Origin: Acutalibacter sp.
GTDB taxonomy: Bacteria > Bacillota > Clostridia > Oscillospirales > Acutalibacteraceae
Direction of reading: 5' to 3'
NCBI GenBank assembly: GCA_020025775.1
Contig: JAHHRN010000001.1
Location: forward strand, 345,348-377,347
Length of the DNA: 32,000 bases
Under the pieces are notes generated by a model. The model saw only the letters and a program-made list of their open reading frames with translations. It was not told where the DNA came from and did not search any database. The position numbers were made by a program, and so were the translations under genes. Below are positions 25,415-32,000 of the stretch, one piece after another (position 1 is the stretch's first letter; each line of letters opens with the position of its first letter).

Positions 25415-26077
25415 TTGAAAACAGCAAAATATGAAGTAGTTTTATTCGATTTCGACGGCACGATTGTGGATTCCTCCGAGGGCATTTACAACGGCCTGCG
25501 CTACGCCTTTGATGTGCACAATCTGCCGATTCCGACAGACGACGTGCTAAAAAAATTCATCGGCCCGCCGCTCATTGACAGCTTCCGCGAATTCACGGGA
25601 ATGCCCGACGAGCTCGGCTATCAAATGGTAGATTCCTACCGGGTATATTATAACGAAACCGGCTGGAAAGAGGTCTCTGTTTATGACGGCATCGAAGCAA
25701 TTTTAAAAGAACTCAAAAACGCCGGTGTCAAAATTGCGACGGCTTCCACCAAGCCTACGGTATTTGTGGAGCGCATTTTACAGCACATCGGTTTGGCATC
25801 TTATTTCGACCACTTCGGCGGCACGGATTTTTCCGAAACACCGAGCACCAAAACCGAAATCATTGAAAAAGGCATGGCGCTTCTTTCGGGTACACCCGAA
25901 AATACGCTCATGGTCGGCGACAGAAAGTTTGATATTATCGGCGCAAAAGAAGCGGGTATTCCCGTTGCCGCCGTGCTTTACGGCTTCGGCAGTCAGGCGG
26001 AATTCGAAGCGTACAAGGCAGATTACATCGCTGCCGATATGCAGGATTTAGAAGCGCTTTTATTTGCAGAAAATTAA
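25415..26077 (+). CDS. HAD-IA family hydrolase (phosphoglycolate phosphatase-like)
   Basis: 220 aa with motif I VLFDFDGTIVDS, motif II ASTKP and motif IV VGDRKFDIIGA. It uses a TTG start. Confidence 0.85.
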   Translation: MKTAKYEVVLFDFDGTIVDSSEGIYNGLRYAFDVHNLPIPTDDVLKKFIGPPLIDSFREFTGMPDELGYQMVDSYRVYYNETGWKEVSVYDGIEAILKELKNAGVKIATASTKPTVFVERILQHIGLASYFDHFGGTDFSETPSTKTEIIEKGMALLSGTPENTLMVGDRKFDIIGAKEAGIPVAAVLYGFGSQAEFEAYKADYIAADMQDLEALLFAEN

Positions 26078-26088
26078 GGAAGAACACT

Positions 26089-27354
26089 ATGGCAGCACCA
26101 CTTGCGGACCGCATCCGCCCCAAAGAATTAGAGGATATGGTCGGGCAAACGCATTTGCTCGGCGAGGGAAAGCCCCTGCGCAATATTGCGGAGTCGGGCG
26201 AGCTTCCCAATATGATTTTTTACGGGCCGTCGGGCACAGGAAAAACGACCCTTGCCCGTATTTTGGCACGCAAAACAAACCGTACCCTGCGTACTTTAAA
26301 CGGTACAAACGCTTCGATTGCGGATATTAAGGATATTGTCGCCGAACTCGGTACGCTTGCCGCACCGAACGGGATTCTTCTTTATCTTGACGAGCTGCAA
26401 TACTTCAATAAAAAACAACAGCAATCTCTTTTGGAATACATCGAAAACGGCAATATCACCTTGATTGCCTCCACTACGGAAAACCCGTATTTTTACGTGT
26501 ATAACGCGGTGCTCAGCCGTGCCACGGTGTTTGAATTTAAACCCATTACCGATAAGGACATTGAAAAAGCGGTGCGCCGCGGTTTCTCTGTTTTGCAGGA
26601 AGAACAGAAGATTCAAATGACCGTGCCAGACGAAGTCATCGAAGCCATTGCCCGTTCGGCAGGCGGCGATGTGCGAAAGTCCCTCAATATGGTGGAGCTT
26701 TGCACCCTCGCAACCAAGCCCGAAGCGGACGGCAGTAAGGTGCTTTCTCTCGAGGCACTCGAAACCGTCATTGGACAGGGCGGCTTTCGCTATGACCGAA
26801 GCGGCGATGAGCATTATGATGTGATGTCCGCGTTTCAAAAGTCCATGCGCGGTTCTGACCCCGATGCGGCTCTGCATTATTTAGCAAGGCTTTTAGCGGG
26901 CGGCGATTTGCCCTCCGCGATTCGTCGACTCATGGTTTGTGCGGCAGAGGATGTAGGTCTTGCCTATCCGCAGATTTTGCCGATTGTCAAGGCGGCGTGC
27001 GATATGGCGCTTATGGTAGGGCTTCCCGAAGCGAGAATCCCCTTGGCGGATGCCGTGGTGCTGGTTGCAACCGCACCGAAGTCCAACAGTGCCTATCTCG
27101 GCATTAACAAGGCTATGGCAGATATTGAAAACGGCAAGGCGGGTCCGATTCCGCGCACCTTGCAGAATAAGCATTTCGACGGCGACGAGGTGCAAAACAA
27201 GGGGCAGTTTTATCAGTACCCCCACGATTTTCCGAATCGCTGGGTAAGTCAGCAATATCTCCCCGATAATTTAAAAAATACGAAGTATTACGAATACGGC
27301 GAAAACAAAACCGAACAGACCGCCAAAGCCTATTGGGATAAGATTAAGAAATAG
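26089..27354 (+). CDS. rarA: replication-associated recombination protein A (AAA+ ATPase RarA/MgsA)
   Basis: 421 aa with PLADRIRPKELEDMVGQ, Walker A GPSGTGKTTLARILA and Walker B LLYLDELQ. The C-terminal MgsA domain is present (HYDVMSAFQKSMRGSDPDAALHYLARLL). Confidence 0.95.
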   Translation: MAAPLADRIRPKELEDMVGQTHLLGEGKPLRNIAESGELPNMIFYGPSGTGKTTLARILARKTNRTLRTLNGTNASIADIKDIVAELGTLAAPNGILLYLDELQYFNKKQQQSLLEYIENGNITLIASTTENPYFYVYNAVLSRATVFEFKPITDKDIEKAVRRGFSVLQEEQKIQMTVPDEVIEAIARSAGGDVRKSLNMVELCTLATKPEADGSKVLSLEALETVIGQGGFRYDRSGDEHYDVMSAFQKSMRGSDPDAALHYLARLLAGGDLPSAIRRLMVCAAEDVGLAYPQILPIVKAACDMALMVGLPEARIPLADAVVLVATAPKSNSAYLGINKAMADIENGKAGPIPRTLQNKHFDGDEVQNKGQFYQYPHDFPNRWVSQQYLPDNLKNTKYYEYGENKTEQTAKAYWDKIKK

Positions 27355-27380
27355 CCCTAACTTTTTAAATTTAAACAGAA

Positions 27381-27416
27381 AAAAGCACCGAATTTTCTTC
27401 GGTGCTTTTTGTTTTT
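27381..27416. terminator. bidirectional rho-independent terminator between rarA and the histidine kinase gene
   Basis: The stem is GCACCGAA (27385-27392) / TTCGGTGC (27398-27405) with loop TTTTC. A-runs lie upstream and TTTTTGTTTTT downstream. Confidence 0.8.
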
Positions 27417-27445
27417 ATAGGGGATAGTTAATTATTATCTATTTG

Positions 27446-29461
27446 CTAGGCAAGGGGAAAGGTGAGTTGTACTTTAAACAAATCTCCGTCAATTTGAATG
27501 TCAAAGCTGCCACCCTGTAGTTCGGTTAAGCTCTTGGCAATCGAAAGCCCCAAACCACTGCCCTCGGTGTTTCGGGAGGCATCTCCGCGCACAAAGCGTT
27601 CGGTTAAATCGGCGGCGGAAATGTGCAAGGGTTCTTTGGACATATTGCGCAAAAGAATTTGTGCTTTGCCGTCCTGCTCAGAAAGGTCGAAATAAACACG
27701 GCTCGTGGGCATGGCGTATTTGAATACATTCGAGAAAAGATTGTCCAGTACACGCCAAAGGTGACGGCTGTCTGCCAGCACGGTGATGTTGTCTCGCGAT
27801 TTTTGCAGGCGGAAATCGAGCTGCTTTTCAGCAAAGCGTTCTTCATATTCCCCGAGAATCTGCGAGGATAAAATATCTAAGTTTATGCTTTCGTTGTGTA
27901 CAGGAAGCGTGCCGGCAGAGGCCTTGGAAGCCTCCATTAAATCCTCAATCAGCTTTTTAAGTCTAGCAGATTGACGGGAAAGAACGGCAATATATTCTTT
28001 GGCGTTTTCGTTTTGAAGATGTTCCTTTTCGAGCAAATCCACGTAGCTCACAATCGAGGTTAAGGGTGTTTTAATGTCGTGAGAAACGTTGGTAATCAGC
28101 TCTGTTTTAAAACGCTCGCTTTTCATGCGCTCTTCGACAGCGTGTTCCATGCTATCCCCGATATGATTAATGGCATCTGCGTGGCGTTTGAAATCGCCGT
28201 AAAGATGTTGCTCGGAAACTTTTTTCTGCAAATCTCCCGCGGCAATGGCTTTGGTTTCTTTCATGATTTTTCGAAAACTGCGGTAGAGAAGCAAAACATA
28301 CAGGGCGAGACCAAGCGCCCAGGCAAAAGCCCAAAAACTCCAAATATTACTGCTTGAAAAGCTCAGACAAACGCCTATTCCGACGAGAAAAACAAGCACA
28401 ACAATGCCGACCTGCCAAAGCGAGGGTAAATCCTTTAAGAATTTCAGAAGGCGCTTGTTGCCGCGATGCAATTTGGCAAGGCAGGTCAGTCGCAGGAAAG
28501 CATGCGCTTTGGTCTGTACGGTGAGGCAATAAACGGTGAGCACAAAAATAAGGGAAGAAAGGCAAAAACCGAAGAAAAGCAGAAAAATGCTAAGCCGAAC
28601 GGCAAAATCCAAAACGCCGCCGTATAATAAAAAATGTGGCCCGAAGAAATCCGTCAAAAGGAAAAGCAAAGCGAAAATAACGATTAGGCCGGCAAGCGAA
28701 AGCAAAAGCAATAAGTCCCCGGGGAATCTGTGACGGCGAGGCAAATAAACGCCCGCTACGCCCTCTTTTTTACCGGCGGATTGTATCAGCAGTACCAATA
28801 AAGCCACACTGAGCACTGTGCTTATAAAGAACGTAAGCTTTACTGCAAGCGTATGGGTCTCGAGGGTTTCAAAAAAACGGTGGATGTAAAAGGGGGCATC
28901 CTGCGCTGTAAGATTTTCCGCCAGTGCAAGCTTTAACGTGTAGGTGAAATAGAGGGAAATGTTTTCGTTTCCGTTATATTGTTCCAGATTCGCCAAGGCT
29001 TCTTTGGAGCCTTTCGAAAGAAGCGAGGTGTCTAGTGTATTGTTTGCAAGCAGGCTGTTCAGCTCGGAAAGCCAAAATGTTTTGGAATCCGAATAGGAAT
29101 TGGCTTCCGCCTGTAGGGTGGCTTCCTCTTCCTTAAAATTGGAATAGACGGTTTCTCCGCTTTCGTTTTCCAAAGCTACACGAAGATTTCCGAAATTATA
29201 GCCGGAAAACTGTTTGTCTATGCTTTCGGATATGCCTCGTACGGGAAAAAGTCTTAGCTGTAGGGTGGATTGTGCTTTTCTGCAATACTCTCTTAAAAAC
29301 GCCTCTTCCAATAACGATGTATTGTTCTTAGAAACGGTAGAGTGATTAAAGGCTTGCAGACCGAAAAGCAGCCCCGAAAGGGCAGAAACGGTTAAAGAAA
29401 GTGTCAGAAAAAGAATGAGAAAAACTTTAAAGCCTTGGCTTTTAAAGAGCTTTTCTTTCAT
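27446..29461 (-). CDS. sensor histidine kinase
   Basis: 671 aa with an N-terminal TM, a ~190-aa extracytoplasmic region and a multi-TM block. The H-box is ITNVSHDIKTPLTSI, and the HATPase_c G-boxes include RNTEGSGLGLSIAKS. Confidence 0.9.
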   Translation of the reverse strand: MKEKLFKSQGFKVFLILFLTLSLTVSALSGLLFGLQAFNHSTVSKNNTSLLEEAFLREYCRKAQSTLQLRLFPVRGISESIDKQFSGYNFGNLRVALENESGETVYSNFKEEEATLQAEANSYSDSKTFWLSELNSLLANNTLDTSLLSKGSKEALANLEQYNGNENISLYFTYTLKLALAENLTAQDAPFYIHRFFETLETHTLAVKLTFFISTVLSVALLVLLIQSAGKKEGVAGVYLPRRHRFPGDLLLLLSLAGLIVIFALLFLLTDFFGPHFLLYGGVLDFAVRLSIFLLFFGFCLSSLIFVLTVYCLTVQTKAHAFLRLTCLAKLHRGNKRLLKFLKDLPSLWQVGIVVLVFLVGIGVCLSFSSSNIWSFWAFAWALGLALYVLLLYRSFRKIMKETKAIAAGDLQKKVSEQHLYGDFKRHADAINHIGDSMEHAVEERMKSERFKTELITNVSHDIKTPLTSIVSYVDLLEKEHLQNENAKEYIAVLSRQSARLKKLIEDLMEASKASAGTLPVHNESINLDILSSQILGEYEERFAEKQLDFRLQKSRDNITVLADSRHLWRVLDNLFSNVFKYAMPTSRVYFDLSEQDGKAQILLRNMSKEPLHISAADLTERFVRGDASRNTEGSGLGLSIAKSLTELQGGSFDIQIDGDLFKVQLTFPLA

Positions 29462-29463
29462 GG

Positions 29464-30156
29464 TTAATTCCCTCCTTCGATTTTATAGCCCTGCCCCCAA
29501 ACCACCTTGATATAGCGCGGCGCGGCAGGGTCGATTTCTAATTTTTCACGAAGATGGCGAATGTGTACGGCGACGGTGCTTTCTGCGCCGAAGGGGTCAT
29601 CCTTCCAAACCGCTTTATAGATTTCCCCGGGGGAAAAGACCTTACCCGGATGCTGTAGAAGTAAATGCAAAATCTCATATTCTGTGGGGGTCAGAAGGAC
29701 AGGCTCTCCGTCCACGGTGACGGATTTTTCGCTGTTATCGAGCGTAATGCCACCGATTTGCAGGGCATTTTTGGTGCTTTGCGTGCCGCCGAGTGTCATA
29801 TAACGGCGCAGCTGCGATTTGACTCGAGCCAAAACTTCAACCGGGTTAAAAGGCTTGGTGATATAGTCATCCGCCCCTATGTTCAGCCCTAAAATTTTGT
29901 CGGTGTCCTCGCTTTTTGCCGTCAATAAAATGACGGGCACATTGGAAAAACGGCGAATCTCGACCATGGCGCTGACGCCGTCCATTTCCGGCATCATAAT
30001 ATCCATTAAAATCAAATGGATTTCTTCTTTACGCATGGCTTCGAGCGCTTCTTTTCCGTTGTAGCAGAGCACGGTGGAGTAGCCTTCGGCTTTTAAATAA
30101 ATGTCCAGCGCGCGGACAATATCTTTTTCGTCGTCGCAAATCATGATTTTGTACAT
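29464..30156 (-). CDS. OmpR/PhoB-family response regulator
   Basis: 230 aa. The receiver domain has ICDDEKDI, LILMDIMMPEMDG and LLTAKS. The winged-helix output domain has VAVHIRHLREKLE and VWGQGYK. Its stop lies 2 nt before the kinase start. Confidence 0.95.
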   Translation of the reverse strand: MYKIMICDDEKDIVRALDIYLKAEGYSTVLCYNGKEALEAMRKEEIHLILMDIMMPEMDGVSAMVEIRRFSNVPVILLTAKSEDTDKILGLNIGADDYITKPFNPVEVLARVKSQLRRYMTLGGTQSTKNALQIGGITLDNSEKSVTVDGEPVLLTPTEYEILHLLLQHPGKVFSPGEIYKAVWKDDPFGAESTVAVHIRHLREKLEIDPAAPRYIKVVWGQGYKIEGGN

Positions 30157-30191
30157 AGTTTCATCCTCCGCTATACAGTATAAGCTAAATC

Positions 30192-30234
30192 TCTTTAAGA
30201 AAAAAGAGGGAAAATCTTTAAGAAATTCTTAAGA
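30192..30234 (-). promoter_or_regulatory. repeated TCTT(T)AAGA motif upstream of the response-regulator gene (possible autoregulatory site)
   Basis: TCTTTAAGAA occurs at 30192-30201 and 30215-30224 (23-nt spacing), with TCTTAAGA at 30227-30234. The copies lie 36-78 nt upstream of the RR start codon. Confidence 0.3.
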
Positions 30235-30434
30235 TGCCTAAAATTACGGCTTTAATAAGAAAAGCAGCGAAGGATTATCTCAAATCTTTAATAATTGCAA
30301 ACACATAAGAAGGACCATACACGTCTTTTGTTATATCGCTAGGTTTGGACGGATGCAGTTCTATTGCTGTTTGAAAAACTCTACCTTCATTTTCTTTAAC
30401 TTTTTCCCATATTTTTTCTTTCGTTAATATAATT

Positions 30435-31301
30435 TTATTCTTCCCAGTGTACTTTTAAATCGTTATAAGCAAAAAGCGGAATATCGTATAAATCCCCAAA
30501 GAGCTCATAAATCTGTTCCGAAGATTTCAAAATGGCATCCATGTTGGTATTGTGTTTTCGTATGGGAATATTAAATATCGGTAAAAAAGCTGTATCTCGT
30601 ACACGTTTATCCGGTACACAACACCATTTTCCGGGGATGTTTTTATATATATTTTGGATGCGCAATTCTCGAAGCACCAAAGGAACTTTAATTTTCATTG
30701 CCTTTTTACCGACACTTAATCCTTCCAATTTTGATATATAGGAAATGAAAATGGCATAGTTATTTTTATTTTCTGATTCACTTAATTTCTTTTTAATATC
30801 TTCCCAGTTTTTTGCTAAAACATATAAGCTGTCATAAAAGTCCGAGCGAAATGAAATATCTTTTCTTGGATGTTCTGCATCAGGTCTTTGTGGCACATTA
30901 TAATGAATACATACTTCTTTACTTCTGATTTTTCTTAAAGTTTTTGCCTTCTTAACAAAATCTAAATCATTCCAAATGGTTGGATGATCTAACGCATACA
31001 TTTTTAAATAAATCACAAAACAAGCGCTGTTTTCCCATTGCCCCGCTCTTGACCAACAAGATGCTAACACGAATAGCAAAAACAGATCATTTTCTTTATG
31101 TAAGTCTAACGCCATAGATTGATGCGTTTCCTTGGAGCAAATATGAAAATCCCTCACCCAACCAGCATAGCTCTTTTCATTGGTAAGATTAATATATGGC
31201 AATTGTTCTTTATTTTCGATAGTCTTTTTTATTAACTTATCAATACCAGTTTGCTGAATCATTAAATCACATCCTTCATTTAGTTTCAGTATACCAAGCA
31301 C
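30435..31301 (-). CDS. hypothetical protein (orphan, AT-rich codon usage)
   Basis: 288-aa ORF with a GTG start in the track. An ATG at 31262 with GAAGGA upstream is an alternative start. I could not recognise a family with confidence. Confidence 0.55.
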   Translation of the reverse strand: MLGILKLNEGCDLMIQQTGIDKLIKKTIENKEQLPYINLTNEKSYAGWVRDFHICSKETHQSMALDLHKENDLFLLFVLASCWSRAGQWENSACFVIYLKMYALDHPTIWNDLDFVKKAKTLRKIRSKEVCIHYNVPQRPDAEHPRKDISFRSDFYDSLYVLAKNWEDIKKKLSESENKNNYAIFISYISKLEGLSVGKKAMKIKVPLVLRELRIQNIYKNIPGKWCCVPDKRVRDTAFLPIFNIPIRKHNTNMDAILKSSEQIYELFGDLYDIPLFAYNDLKVHWEE

Positions 31302-31449
31302 GAAAAATTTTTCAAGAAAGCAAACGAAAGAGTCCTGAAAAAAGGACTCCGGATTTTAAAGCGCTTGTTTATAAAGAACTATTAAGTATAATTAAAAGCA
31401 AGTAAGGAAAATATCATTGTTATTTTTTATTATATATAGGAGAAGAATT

Positions 31450-31509
31450 ATGTTTGCATTTTTTATTTGCTTTGTCTACGGATTTATTCGAGGACTCTTA
31501 AAAGGTTGA
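31450..31509 (+). CDS. candidate 19-aa hydrophobic peptide (type I toxin-like or small membrane protein)
   Basis: ATG at 31450 with AGGAG (31438-31442) 7 nt upstream, encoding MFAFFICFVYGFIRGLLKG. A candidate promoter lies upstream: TTGTTT (31365-31370), 16 nt, TATAAT (31387-31392). A long hairpin terminator follows. Confidence 0.3.
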   Translation: MFAFFICFVYGFIRGLLKG

Positions 31510-31532
31510 CATTTTTTGAACTATATAAAGTA

Positions 31533-31620
31533 AAAGCACCGCTAATTGATCTGACCCCAAAAAGTTAGTTTTTAGGTCTAACTTTTGGAAATTAGATCAC
31601 CTTTCGGTGCTTTTTGTTTT
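31533..31620. terminator. long compound hairpin / bidirectional terminator
   Basis: The outer arms are AAAGCACCG (31533-31541) / CGGTGCTTT (31604-31612). They enclose a ~62-nt segment with internal pairings TGATCT/AGATCA and CCAAAAAGTTAG/CTAACTTTTGG. TTTTTGTTTT follows on the + strand and TTTTACTTTA on the - strand. It lies between the peptide ORF (+) and malQ (-). Confidence 0.55.
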
Positions 31621-31633
31621 ATATAACTTAGGT

Positions 31634-32000
31634 TTAACTTCTTCGGAACAGGCGGTTTAAATGCTTATAATATTCTTCGTCGATTTGGTTTATCATGTCG
31701 TCGGTGGTTCTGAAAAGCCAGTTGCCGTCGGCTTTGCCGGGGGTGTTCATACGGGCATCGGAGCCGAAGCCACAAAGGTCTTGATAGGAGAGAATCGCGA
31801 GTGCGGCAGAAGAACGCCACACGGTTTCGATGATTTTACGGCAGGCAGGGCTTCTAAAGCCGCCCTCACCCCAGTTGTCGCCCGTAAAGCCACAGTAATC
31901 CAGGGCGAATTTGCGCTCCTCGGGCGTGGCTTCCCAAAGCCAAGCGAGCAGGGTCTGATTATCATGTGTACCGACATACGCCACGGCGTTACGGGGATAA
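31634..32000 (-). CDS. malQ: 4-alpha-glucanotransferase (amylomaltase, GH77), C-terminal part; 5' end off-window
   Basis: It carries the GH77 C-terminal signatures YVGTHDNQTLLAWL and MNTPGKADGNWLFR. The reading frame remains open to the window edge. Confidence 0.85.
   Translation of the reverse strand, partial: YPRNAVAYVGTHDNQTLLAWLWEATPEERKFALDYCGFTGDNWGEGGFRSPACRKIIETVWRSSAALAILSYQDLCGFGSDARMNTPGKADGNWLFRTTDDMINQIDEEYYKHLNRLFRRS

Larger units (their letters stand above)
30160..31630. other. low-G+C island (likely horizontally acquired)
   Basis: Hand counts of 60-nt lines inside the island give about 25-30 % G+C, against about 50 % in sampled lines of flanking genes. It contains only orphan ORFs. 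Confidence 0.6.

Noticed and set aside
24093-25427. 179-aa and 167-aa minus-strand ORFs inside the 473-aa gene.
   Set aside because: They are antisense shadows without SD. The plus-strand ORF has a promoter, an SD and a coherent tail/TM/ectodomain layout.
26087-27255. Antisense and alternative-frame ORFs inside rarA (for example 26296-26877 on the minus strand, 193 aa).
   Set aside because: rarA is unambiguous (AAA+ motifs across the full length), so these are shadow frames.
30890-30910. An Rx4H string (RPDAEH) in the 288-aa orphan protein as a possible HEPN nuclease motif.
   Set aside because: The motif is flanked by prolines (QRPDAEHPR), so it is unlikely to lie in the helix required for a HEPN active site. 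A single short match is expected by chance.
1-32000. A scan for CRISPR arrays, tRNA/rRNA genes, IS elements or transposases, and reverse transcriptases.
   Set aside because: No regularly spaced repeats, tRNA-like cloverleaf candidates or recombinase/RT-like ORFs were seen in the sequence or the ORF track.

Overview
This is a chromosomal window of about 50 % G+C (hand-sampled lines). The gene content looks like a Gram-positive anaerobe, possibly Clostridia-like, but that is inference only.

Left to right:
- A minus-strand operon of a NUDIX hydrolase, an MBL-fold hydrolase and a heterodimeric ABC exporter pair (110-5168).
- An intact phage head and DNA-packaging operon with no tail or integrase genes: terS, terL, portal, protease/scaffold, major capsid and three connector-sized genes (5413-11470), closed by a strong terminator.
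- A roughly 490-bp AT-rich non-coding region with five TTTGAACA repeats.
- A small C-terminally anchored membrane protein.
- A P2-type ATPase preceded by a yybP-ykoY (Mn2+) riboswitch with a terminator expression platform.
- A four-gene minus-strand operon of RnfD-, RnfE- and RnfA-like membrane proteins plus a DUF4015-type glycosidase-like membrane protein. There is no RnfC/G/B. The Fe-S cysteine ligands and the flavinylation motif are substituted, and two of the proteins carry long charged tails.
- A MecA-like adaptor, rpe, proBA, two membrane-anchored unknowns, a HAD hydrolase and rarA.
- An OmpR/histidine-kinase pair.
- A roughly 1.4-kb AT-rich island with an orphan 288-aa gene and a candidate 19-aa hydrophobic peptide gene.
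- The 3' end of malQ.

I recognised no rRNA, tRNA, CRISPR array, transposase or integrase.

The two strongest candidates for undescribed biology are the stand-alone capsid/packaging operon and the cofactor-ligand-less Rnf D/E/A-like operon. All family assignments come from motif recognition by eye and need profile or structure searches to confirm.
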